Below are positions 21,543 through 29,732 of a DNA stretch of 64,000 nt, one piece after another (position 1 is the stretch's first letter; every line of letters begins with the position of its first letter). The DNA is from Nannocystis bainbridge (GTDB lineage: Bacteria > Myxococcota_A > Polyangia > Nannocystales > Nannocystaceae): contig NZ_JAQNDL010000002.1 of NCBI RefSeq assembly GCF_028368995.1, positions 801,724-865,723 of the forward strand, given 5' to 3'. The notes beneath the pieces are model-generated. The model was not told where the DNA came from, ran no database searches, and saw nothing but the letters and a program-made list of their open reading frames with translations. The position numbers and the translations under genes are program-made.

Positions 21543-23042
21543 ATGTCCGTTCGCCGCCCCGGAGGCTCGTCCAGCGCCGCGCTCGAGCGGCTGTTCGACC
21601 GCGACTCGCCGCTCTCCTATGAGGAGCGGCTCGAGGCCCTGATCAAGGCGGCGCTGCCGGACCGGATCCAGCGGCTGTCGTTCGGCGCCGAGCTGGCGCG
21701 CGGAGGCATGGGCGCGGTGCGGCTGGCGTTCGACGAGGTGCTGCAGCGGCGGATGGCCGCCAAGACCATGCACGCCAAGACCTACGAGCACCTGATCCTG
21801 GTGCACGGGTTCTTGCGCGAGGCCCAGGTGACCGGCCAGCTCGACCACCCCAACATCGTGCCGATCCACGAGCTCGGGCGCGACGAGCAGGGTCAGCTGT
21901 ACTTCACGATGAAGCTGGTCGAGGGCCAGAGCCTCAAGGCGCTGATCGGCGGCGAGGCGGCGACCGACCACGAGCGGCTGTTCCACCGCCTCGAGATCTT
22001 CGTCAAGGTGTGCGACGCGCTGTCGTTCGCGCACAGCCGCGGGGTGATCCACTGCGACATCAAGTCGGCCAACGTGATGGTCGGCGCCTACGGCCAGGTC
22101 TACCTGATGGACTGGGGCGGGGCGCAGCTGCTGCCGCTTCGGTCCGGTGACGACGAGGCCCAGTGGGTCCGCGACGCCCTGCCGCCGCTGCCGCCGTCGG
22201 AGACCGACGGGCTGGTGTTCGGCACGCCTTCGTACATGTCGCCCGAGCAGGCCAACAGCCAGCCGCTCGACGAGCGCGCCGACGTGTTCTCGATGGGGGC
22301 GCTGCTCTACGAGATGATGGCGGGCCGGCCGCCGTACACCGCGCGCACCGCCATGGACGCGCTGATCATGGCCCGCGAGGCCAAGTTCGCCCCGCCCGAC
22401 ACACACGTGTCGGTGCCGTTCCCGCGCGAGCTGGTGCGCATCGTGACCCGGGCGCTGCGCCGCGATCCCGACGACCGCTACCCGAGCGTGGCGGCGCTGC
22501 AGGCCGACATCGTCCGGCTGCTGCGCGGCAGCGGCAGCTTCCAGACGGTCCGCTTCGCCGCCGGCGAGCACGTGATCCGCGAGGGCGAGATCGGCGACGC
22601 GGCCTACATCGTCCTGGCCGGCAGGCTCGAGGTCTACAAGATCGAGGCCGGGCACCACGTGTCGCTGCGCTGGCTCGGGCCCGGCGACGTGTTCGGCGAG
22701 ACCTCGATCTTCGCGGCGTCACGCCGGACCGCCAGCGTGCTGGTGGTCGAGGAGGCGACGCTGACGAAGATCACCAGCGACCTGATCGAGGAGGAGCTGA
22801 CCTCGATGAAGCCGTGGATGGGCGCTTTCGTGCGCACCCTGGCGGCCCGCTTCGCCGGCGTCGAGGGCCGCACGCCGCGGGCCGAGGGCGCGCCGCGCTC
22901 GGCCCCGCCGCGCCCGGCCGTGACGGTCAGCGCGCCGACGACCTCGGGCGGCGAGAGCGTGATCATCGACATCGACGAGCCGCTCGACGACGCGCTCGAC
23001 GGCAGCGACATGCACGCGACCGTGGTGGCCCGCCGCCGCTGA
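21543..23042 (+). CDS. Ser/Thr protein kinase with a C-terminal cyclic-nucleotide-binding (cNMP) domain
   Basis: Kinase motifs GGMGAVRLAF...AAK, HCDIKSANVMV, DWGGA and GTPSYMSPE. C-terminal cNMP-binding hallmarks are GDVFGETSIF and RRTASV (FGE...RTA). The start may instead be GTG at 21504. Confidence 0.85.
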   Translation: MSVRRPGGSSSAALERLFDRDSPLSYEERLEALIKAALPDRIQRLSFGAELARGGMGAVRLAFDEVLQRRMAAKTMHAKTYEHLILVHGFLREAQVTGQLDHPNIVPIHELGRDEQGQLYFTMKLVEGQSLKALIGGEAATDHERLFHRLEIFVKVCDALSFAHSRGVIHCDIKSANVMVGAYGQVYLMDWGGAQLLPLRSGDDEAQWVRDALPPLPPSETDGLVFGTPSYMSPEQANSQPLDERADVFSMGALLYEMMAGRPPYTARTAMDALIMAREAKFAPPDTHVSVPFPRELVRIVTRALRRDPDDRYPSVAALQADIVRLLRGSGSFQTVRFAAGEHVIREGEIGDAAYIVLAGRLEVYKIEAGHHVSLRWLGPGDVFGETSIFAASRRTASVLVVEEATLTKITSDLIEEELTSMKPWMGAFVRTLAARFAGVEGRTPRAEGAPRSAPPRPAVTVSAPTTSGGESVIIDIDEPLDDALDGSDMHATVVARRR

Positions 23043-23057
23043 GCGGAGGCGGTGCTC

Positions 23058-23140
23058 GAGGACATGTCCCTGGGGGCATGTCTGCAGCGACATGGTCGAT
23101 GTGTCATGTGCGTCACGACATGTCTGAACGGGCATGTCTT
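23058..23140. repeat. Tandem array of 6 GGACATGTCC-family units between convergent genes
   Basis: gaggacatgtccc, ggggcatgtctg, gcgacatggtc, gtgtcatgtgc, cacgacatgtctg and gggcatgtctt lie between the kinase-cNMP gene (+) and the cyclase gene (-). Confidence 0.85.
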
Positions 23141-23209
23141 TCAAGCCATCGTGAAACGCGGCGCCCGTGCCGTGGACGCGGTCGCCCCTCCGGGCAGCGC
23201 GTCTTGGCC

Positions 23210-24436
23210 TCACGCGCGCGCGGGCAGGGCGTCGAGCAGCTCGGTCAGCGCGCGCGGCAGGGCAGTGAAGCGGACCACCGCGCGGCCGGGGCTGGCGGCG
23301 ACGACCTTGGCGTAGGCGTCGACGCCGGGCAGGGCCGCGAGCACCAGCTTGAGGTCGGCGCGCAGCGGCAGCGGGGCGGACACCTGCAGCTCGGCGTTGT
23401 GGCGCTCGTCGTGGGCGACCAGCAGGGCCGGGACCTCCTGACCGCCGGTGTCCTTGCCCTCGAGCGCGGTGAACACCAGCGGCTGCGGCTGGGCCAGGAT
23501 CCGCCACTCGGCTGTCTCTTCGGCCATGTGGATGGCGAACGGGCCGTCGACGCCGGTGACGTCGTGGATCGTGATCGGCTCGCGCACGCCCTTGGGCCGG
23601 ACCTCGAAGCAGCCGCGGGTGCGCAGGCGATCGCCGAGGGCCCGCGCGGCGGACTCCGAGATCAGCACCTGACCGCCGACGGTGTAGCTCTCGATGCGCG
23701 ACGTCAGGTTGACGTGGCGGCCGACCACGCCGTACTTGGCGCGGCGGTTGGAGCCGATGTTGCCGACCACGACCTCGCCGGTGTGGACGCCGATGCCCAT
23801 CTCGAGCGCGGGCAGGCCGTGCGCGGCCAGGGCGGCGTTGACCTCGCCCATGGCCCGCTGCATGGCGATCGCGCAGGCGACCGCGCGCTCGGGGTGGTCG
23901 TCCTGCGGCACCGGGGCGCCGAACACCGCGAGGATGGCGTCGCCGATGAACTCGTTGATCGAGCCGCGGTACTCGCCGATCACGTCGGCCATGGCGCCGA
24001 GGTAGATGTTGAGGATCGCCACCACCTGCTCGGGGCCGAGGCCCTCGCACAGGGTCGAGAAGCCGCGCAGGTCGGAGATCAGGATCGTCAGCGTGCGCCG
24101 CTCGCCGCCGAGCTGGCGGCCCTCGGGCGAGGCGAGCAGCGTGTTGACGACCTCGTCGGTGACGTGGCGGCCGAACATCTGGCGGATGAAGGTGTTGCGC
24201 AGCTCGAGCTCGACCACCAGGGCCTCGACCTGCTCGATCTTGACGGCCAGCTGCTCCTCGATCTCGTTGGCGTGCTCGAGCGTCGAGTCGTGCAGCAGCA
24301 CCAGGTCGTCGTGCTCGGCCTGCAGCGCGGCCGCGGCGGCCACGAACGCGGCGCGGGCGGCCGGGTCGGCCAGGAGCTCGGCCGCGGCCTCGGGGTCGGC
24401 GAGGGCTCGCCGCCAGCGCGCATCGTCCGTGAGCAT
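23210..24436 (-). CDS. Class III nucleotidyl (adenylate/guanylate) cyclase with an N-terminal ~190 aa regulatory/helical domain
   Basis: Class III cyclase catalytic motifs: LTILISDLRGFSTL (metal-binding Asp), EFIGDAILAVFGAP, GIGVHTGEVVVGNIGS and GRHVNLTSRIES (NxxxR). It is the last gene of the SiaABC-like operon. Confidence 0.88.
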   Translation of the reverse strand: MLTDDARWRRALADPEAAAELLADPAARAAFVAAAAALQAEHDDLVLLHDSTLEHANEIEEQLAVKIEQVEALVVELELRNTFIRQMFGRHVTDEVVNTLLASPEGRQLGGERRTLTILISDLRGFSTLCEGLGPEQVVAILNIYLGAMADVIGEYRGSINEFIGDAILAVFGAPVPQDDHPERAVACAIAMQRAMGEVNAALAAHGLPALEMGIGVHTGEVVVGNIGSNRRAKYGVVGRHVNLTSRIESYTVGGQVLISESAARALGDRLRTRGCFEVRPKGVREPITIHDVTGVDGPFAIHMAEETAEWRILAQPQPLVFTALEGKDTGGQEVPALLVAHDERHNAELQVSAPLPLRADLKLVLAALPGVDAYAKVVAASPGRAVVRFTALPRALTELLDALPARA

Positions 24437-24449
24437 GCGGGCGGCCGGC

Positions 24450-24824
24450 TCAGTCGAGCGCGATCACGATCGCGGGCAGGAACTTCTTGAGGTTGGGCAG
24501 CGACTTGCCCTGCCACGGGATGGTCGACGAGCCGTGGACCTTGATCTCCGTCTCGCCCTTCTTGCGCGCGGCGATGGCGAACTTGTAGAGCATGTTGATG
24601 CCCGAGCTGTTGAGGAACTGCAGCTCGGTCATGCGCAGGGCGAGCGTCGGGCTGGCCTGGAGCACGCCGTCGAGCAGGTCCTCGATCGGCTTGTACTCGC
24701 TGGTGCTGAGGCGGAGCACGCCCTCGAAGTGGAGCGTGCGCGCGGGCAGGTCGAACCACACGCGGTAGCCGGGGCCTTTGATGTCGGTTTCCGACCCGGT
24801 GGGTCGCGTTGTCGTGTCCGTCAT
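24450..24824 (-). CDS. SiaC-like DUF1987-family partner-switch protein (putative phospho-acceptor)
   Basis: 124 aa, matching DUF1987 size. The central segment LALRMTELQFLNSSGINMLYKFAIAA resembles the SiaC core. The 4-nt overlap with the upstream kinase-like gene and a position between a HATPase protein and a cyclase match siaABCD synteny. Confidence 0.55.
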   Translation of the reverse strand: MTDTTTRPTGSETDIKGPGYRVWFDLPARTLHFEGVLRLSTSEYKPIEDLLDGVLQASPTLALRMTELQFLNSSGINMLYKFAIAARKKGETEIKVHGSSTIPWQGKSLPNLKKFLPAIVIALD

Positions 24825-25384
24825 GCCGATTTCACCTGTAGGCGGGCGGTGGTCTTGAGGAGCGCGTTGTCAGGATTGCCAGGCGCGGGGTCGAAGCGCC
24901 AGCCGAGCCGGGCCTTGTAGTCCGAGAGCATGGTGAGAAATCCCAGGCCCGAGGTCGTGAGCTCGGGGTTGGCGGCGTTCTCTTCGACGCGCTGCATCAG
25001 CAGGTCGGCGGGATCGCCGTCGAGCAGCTCGGCGAACTTGACCCGCAGGCCGTCGACCGTGGTGGTGGCGATCTGGTTGCTGACGACGACCACGAACTCG
25101 CCGGTCTCGACGCCGGCCTCGATGACGACGGTGCCGCCGGCGCAGAACTTGACCGCGTTCTCGATCAGCTCGTTGAGCACGTAGCCGACGCTGCCGATGA
25201 AGTCGCGCCGCTCGGCCTCCTCGGTCAGCTCGCTCTCGCTGACCTCGACGAAGTACTCGGCGAAGAAGTCGGCCGCGACGCTGCACTGGTTCCATCTGAC
25301 CGGGAACGCCCCCGGGTAGAACACGAGCGTGACGCGCGGTCCTGCGTCCGTGGGCTCCCTGTACTCGCCGATGATGCCGTCCAT
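24821..25384 (-). CDS. SiaB-like GHKL/HATPase_c_2 anti-sigma-factor-type Ser/Thr kinase
   Basis: N-box-like ELIENAVKF, G-box-like TSGLGFL and about 187 aa. It sits between PP2C-phosphatase and DUF1987 genes. Confidence 0.65.
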   Translation of the reverse strand: MDGIIGEYREPTDAGPRVTLVFYPGAFPVRWNQCSVAADFFAEYFVEVSESELTEEAERRDFIGSVGYVLNELIENAVKFCAGGTVVIEAGVETGEFVVVVSNQIATTTVDGLRVKFAELLDGDPADLLMQRVEENAANPELTTSGLGFLTMLSDYKARLGWRFDPAPGNPDNALLKTTARLQVKSA

Positions 25385-25407
25385 ACTCTCCGTCCGCCTC
25401 GTGCGCC

Positions 25408-27768
25408 TCAGCGCCGCTTGATCACCACCGTCGTGATGTCGTCGAAGACCTTCTGCGCGCCGATGAAGCGCATGACGTCGTCGACGATCGCCTGCTTGAT
25501 GTCCGTCGCCGGCCGCTCGTGGGCCCGGCGCACGACCTCGCACAGGCGGTCGATGCCGTACTGCTCGCCGTGGATGTCCTCCGCCTCGGTTATGCCGTCA
25601 GTGTACAGGACGACGACATCGCCCGGCGACAGGCGCACCTCGGTGCGGGCGATGAAGGCGGCGATGTCGACCTCGATGCCCACGGGCATGCCCAGGTCGA
25701 TCGTGTCGATGCGCTCGATCGAGCCGTCCTGGCGGACCACCACCGCCTCTTCGTGCTGCCCGGTGAGGCGGAGCACCCCCTGCGCGTAGTCGAGGAGGAC
25801 GAGCGTGGCGGTGCGGTCGAGGCCGACCCGCTGGATGTTCTGGTAGAGGACCTTGTTGACGATGTTGAGGAAGCGCGCCGCGTCGCGCTCCTCGGCGGCC
25901 TGCAGCGTGCGCACGGCCGTCTGGATCATCAGCATCAGCACGCCGCTCTCGAGCCCGTGGCCCGTGACGTCGCCGATGCCGATCTTGACGCCGTCGCCGG
26001 CGCGCAGGACGTCGTAGTAATCGCCGCCCACCTCGTCCGCGGGGCGCATGTAGCCGGCGACGTCGAGGCCCTCGATCTCGGCCAGCTCGCGCTCGGGCGG
26101 CAGGACCATGAGCTGCAGCCGGCGGGCGACGTCGAGCTCGGCGCCGAGCCGCAGGTTCTCCTGCGCGAGCCGCTCGTTGAGCGCCATGATCTCGCGGGAG
26201 GCCCGCTGCAGCTGGGCGGTGCGCTGCTCGACCAGGCGCTCGAGGTCGTGCGTATTCGCGCGGATCTCGGCGGCCATCTGGTTGAAGGCGCGGCCGAGGG
26301 CGCCGAACTCGTCGTCGCTGCGCACGTCGACGCGGACCTCGTAGTCCTTTTGCGCGATCTTGCCGGCGCCGGCGGCGAGGTCGACCAGCGCGCCGGTCAT
26401 GCGCCGCGAGACCAGGAAGATCCCCAACATCACCACCGCGAGGGCGAAGAGGGTGATGGCGATCTGGTTGAAGAGGATCCCGCGGCTGCTGGCGGCGATG
26501 GTGTCTCGCGCCTTGTGCAGCGAGGCGTAGATCTCGGCGGCGGGGACGACGAAGCCGAGAGTCCAGCGCTCGGGCACGATGTCGGCCGAGCCCGACCAGG
26601 CGTTGAACGGGGCCAGCCGCTTGAGCACGACCACGTAGTCCTGGCCGCCGATCGCGACCGGGTCGCGGTAGTCGACGGCGTCGCCGCTGGGCAGCGCGAG
26701 GGCCCGGATCGCCGGGTCGCGCGACTGGTGCAGGAACCGCTGGAAGATGTCGACGCCGCCGCCCGAGGCGCCGCGGACCTCCTGCAGGCCGAGGATGTTT
26801 TGGCCGTCGTCGCGCACGGCGAACACGTTGCCGTTGTCCTGGGCGAGGAAGGCGAAGCCCGAGCCGGCGAGCCGCAGATCCTGGACGTAGCGGATCAGCT
26901 GGCCGAGCGTGACGTCGACGCCGACGGCCCCGGCGAAGCGCGTGCGCGTGGCGTCCCACACCGGCTGGAACAGGGTCATGATCGCACCGCTGCCGCCGGC
27001 GTCGGTGTACGGCGCGGTGCCGGTCAGCTGCGTCGCGGGCTCGCGCATGCGCGCGGGATCGGCGAGCCAGCGCTTCCAGCCGTCGACGATGCCGGGGAAG
27101 TAGAAGCCCCAGAACGGGCTGTTGTTGTGGCCGGGGTAGAGCTGGTCGGCGTGGCCGGCGGCGTCGGCGTAGGGGGCGATCCGCAGGTACTCGGCGCCCT
27201 CGGGGCCGATGAAGTACATGGCCTGCTTCTCGGCCCCGTGCTGCAGCTGCGCGGGCAACAGCAGGTCGAGCAGGGCGGTCTGCGCGACGGCGGCGCGGAC
27301 CTCAGGCTTGATGTCCCGAAGGCCAGGTTGATTCGGAGCAGCAGGCGCGTGCAGGTAGCCCCACACGGCCACGGCCGTCGGCTCGCCCGCGGGGGTCTGC
27401 GACCACTCGCCGCGCGCATCGTAGACGAGGGCGTCGCGCAGCGGGCCGGCCGCGGCGGCCGCGGCGGTCAGCGGCGCGAGCGCGGCCTGTTGATCGATGA
27501 GCGTCTGGGTCACCGCCGCGAGCACGCCGAGCTCGGCGCCGGCGCGGCCGCGGAGAAATTCGACGCGCTGCGCGGTGTCCTCGAGGTGGTTGGTGAGGTA
27601 CTCGCGACTGGCGCGCTCGAGGCCCTTGCGGATCTCCTCCGAGGCGTCGCTGCCGAGCGAGCTGATGCCGCGCAGCGAGGCCAGCGCGGCGAGCGTCAGC
27701 CCGATGACCAGCCCGACCCCAGCGACGAGGACGAACTTGGTGCGGAACCTGGAGCCCGTGGTGGCCAT
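25408..27768 (-). CDS. SiaA-like membrane sensor phosphatase: periplasmic sensor domain, TM, HAMP and a PP2C/SpoIIE phosphatase domain
   Basis: N-terminal TM (FVLVAGVGLVIGLTLAAL), about 390 aa extracytoplasmic region, second TM (ITLFALAVVMLGIFLV), HAMP-like linker (FGALGRAFNQMAAEI). PP2C motifs are GGDYYDV, GDVTGHG and YTDGITEA. Confidence 0.8.
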   Translation of the reverse strand: MATTGSRFRTKFVLVAGVGLVIGLTLAALASLRGISSLGSDASEEIRKGLERASREYLTNHLEDTAQRVEFLRGRAGAELGVLAAVTQTLIDQQAALAPLTAAAAAAGPLRDALVYDARGEWSQTPAGEPTAVAVWGYLHAPAAPNQPGLRDIKPEVRAAVAQTALLDLLLPAQLQHGAEKQAMYFIGPEGAEYLRIAPYADAAGHADQLYPGHNNSPFWGFYFPGIVDGWKRWLADPARMREPATQLTGTAPYTDAGGSGAIMTLFQPVWDATRTRFAGAVGVDVTLGQLIRYVQDLRLAGSGFAFLAQDNGNVFAVRDDGQNILGLQEVRGASGGGVDIFQRFLHQSRDPAIRALALPSGDAVDYRDPVAIGGQDYVVVLKRLAPFNAWSGSADIVPERWTLGFVVPAAEIYASLHKARDTIAASSRGILFNQIAITLFALAVVMLGIFLVSRRMTGALVDLAAGAGKIAQKDYEVRVDVRSDDEFGALGRAFNQMAAEIRANTHDLERLVEQRTAQLQRASREIMALNERLAQENLRLGAELDVARRLQLMVLPPERELAEIEGLDVAGYMRPADEVGGDYYDVLRAGDGVKIGIGDVTGHGLESGVLMLMIQTAVRTLQAAEERDAARFLNIVNKVLYQNIQRVGLDRTATLVLLDYAQGVLRLTGQHEEAVVVRQDGSIERIDTIDLGMPVGIEVDIAAFIARTEVRLSPGDVVVLYTDGITEAEDIHGEQYGIDRLCEVVRRAHERPATDIKQAIVDDVMRFIGAQKVFDDITTVVIKRR

Positions 27769-27798
27769 GCGGTCGAGGACGAGGCGAGACGAGGCGCG

Positions 27799-28971
27799 TC
27801 AGCGTCCGGGTTTGCGGCCGGAGGCGACGTAGATCGGCCAGGTGGCGAAGCCGCGGCGGCTGCGGATCGCGTACACGTGATCGCGGAAGCCCATGCGCAG
27901 GCGCTCGACGACCTCGGGCGGCTGCTGCGTGGCGGTCGACAGCTCGCCGGTGACGTACTCCTCCCAGCTCTCGATCACCCGCGCGAAGTCGTCGATCGCG
28001 GTGTTGTTGTTGGTGATCGGGATCTGCTCCATGCGCACGTCCTCGAAGCCCATGTCGGTGAGCAGCGAGAACATCTTCGGCCCGAAGTTCATGTCCATGC
28101 CGAGGCTCTGGGCGATCTTCACGGCCTGCTGGTAGGTCCACGTGACCGACTCGTGGCGCGGGTAGCCGTAGTTGTGCGCCGACATCTCGTTGGTCAGGTA
28201 GACGCGACCGCCGGGCTTACAGATCCGCAGCAGCTCGCGCAGGATGCTCGACGGATCGTTGAAGATCTGCAGGGCCAGGCGCGAGGTGACGAAGTCGAAG
28301 CTGTTCGACGGCAAGAACAGGTGGGTCGCGTCGCCGAACTGGTACTCGATGTCGGTGATGCCGAAGTCGCGGGCGATCTGCTGCGCGTACTGCAAGAACG
28401 GGCGCGAGTGGTCGACGCCGACGATGTAGGTGGGCTCGAACTCCTTGTAGACGAGCACCGCGAAGTCGCCGATCCCGCAGCAGATGTCGGCGATCCGCAT
28501 GTGCTTGCCGAGGCCGTGCTGGCGCAGCAGCTCGCGCTCGTGCGACCACACGATGTTGGTCTGGGTCCGCAGCACCGGCACCAGCTGATCGTTCTCGATC
28601 ACGCCCTGGCCGGGATAAAACGCCTTGTCGTACTGCTCGACGATGGTGTTGCCGAAGCGCGCGCCGAGGAAGCCGAACCGCAGCGGCGCCCACGGGACCA
28701 CGCTCGAGATGACGAGCTTGAGCTTGAGCGCGGGGTGACGCTCGGCGCAGGCGGCGATGAAGCGCGCGAGCTCGAGGAAGCCGGCGTGGTTGAGGTAACG
28801 CAGGCGCTTGAAGTTGAGGTAGAGGACGCCTCGCACGGCGTCGGCGGCGTGGTCGAGGCGGGCCCGCACCGGCGCGAAGTCCTCGGCGCCGGCGGGGCGC
28901 AGAGAGCCCTCGAGCGCGACCTCCTGGTCGTTCTCGCTGAAGCGGATCGTGAACGGTCGCTCGTGCTCCAT
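27799..28971 (-). CDS. Fusion of a DUF1987/SiaC-like N-terminal domain with a class I SAM-dependent methyltransferase
   Basis: N-terminal ~100 aa (VLYLNFKRLRYLNHAGFLELARFIAAC) parallels the SiaC-like protein. Methyltransferase motif I is ADICCGIGDFAVL and the post-I/II region is CKPGGRVYLTNE. Confidence 0.65.
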   Translation of the reverse strand: MEHERPFTIRFSENDQEVALEGSLRPAGAEDFAPVRARLDHAADAVRGVLYLNFKRLRYLNHAGFLELARFIAACAERHPALKLKLVISSVVPWAPLRFGFLGARFGNTIVEQYDKAFYPGQGVIENDQLVPVLRTQTNIVWSHERELLRQHGLGKHMRIADICCGIGDFAVLVYKEFEPTYIVGVDHSRPFLQYAQQIARDFGITDIEYQFGDATHLFLPSNSFDFVTSRLALQIFNDPSSILRELLRICKPGGRVYLTNEMSAHNYGYPRHESVTWTYQQAVKIAQSLGMDMNFGPKMFSLLTDMGFEDVRMEQIPITNNNTAIDDFARVIESWEEYVTGELSTATQQPPEVVERLRMGFRDHVYAIRSRRGFATWPIYVASGRKPGR

Positions 28972-28983
28972 GGCCGGCTCGGC

Positions 28984-29490
28984 TCACTCGTGCGGGACGG
29001 TCAGGACGATGACGCCGGTGCCTTCACCCTCGCGCAGCGCGAGCCCGACGCCGTGCAGCGCGACCAGCTCGAGCAGCCCGACCTCGGCCGGCGGGCGCAG
29101 GATCATCGACTCGAACTCGGCCTCGTAGCGGGCGCGCGCGTCGGTCGGCTCGGCCAGCCCGAGGTCGACCCGCAGCCGCCGGGCCAGCGCCTCGTCGGTC
29201 GGCATCGTCAGCTCAGCGATCACGTGCTCGTCGGTGCGCCCGACCTCGACCACGATCTCGCCCTCGCTCGGGCGGGCGCGGAACACGTACTCGAGCACCT
29301 CGTTGAGATAGGTCGAGAGGCGCGTGGTCAGCTGCTCGGGGTCGAAGCGATCGGAGGCGACGAAGCGCGCGATGTAATCGGCCAGCCGCTGGCAATGCGT
29401 CCAGCTGTCATATAGCCCGCGGACGCTGATCCGCAGGGTGAGGATCGGGCTCGGGCCGGACGGTGAGGGGGGCGCGGGATCGGAGGTCAT
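28984..29490 (-). CDS. Second SiaB-like HATPase-type kinase paralog (about 168 aa)
   Basis: YLNEVLEYVFRARPSEGEIVVEVGRTDEHVIAELT parallels ELIENAVKFCAGGTVVIEAGVETGEFVVVVSN of the other kinase-like protein. It lies immediately upstream of the DUF1987-methyltransferase fusion. The start is taken at MTSDPAPP, upstream of which the ORF is composition-biased. Confidence 0.5.
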   Translation of the reverse strand: MTSDPAPPSPSGPSPILTLRISVRGLYDSWTHCQRLADYIARFVASDRFDPEQLTTRLSTYLNEVLEYVFRARPSEGEIVVEVGRTDEHVIAELTMPTDEALARRLRVDLGLAEPTDARARYEAEFESMILRPPAEVGLLELVALHGVGLALREGEGTGVIVLTVPHE

Positions 29491-29732
29491 GCCGGGGCGG
29501 AGGCGTGAGAGGGACCGCAGGCGCTCGCACCGGGCACGGATCGGCGCCTTGAGCCACGGTAACACGAAGCCGTCACGACCGGCCGCGAGCCGCGGACGCG
29601 GGCGAGGTTCGGGTCCGCGCACCGACGTGCGCCGGCGCAGACGGCCCGCGCGGGCGCGAAAAAAGCTCGCGGGCCGCGGGAACAAGCCCCAGGAGCCCGT
29701 GTCCGAGCCGCCACACGACCGGGGCAAGGACG

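Noticed and set aside
25519-29415. 1,298-aa plus-strand ORF opposite the Sia-like operon
   Set aside because: Shadow ORF. The minus strand carries PP2C, HATPase, methyltransferase and HAMP motifs in consistent frames.
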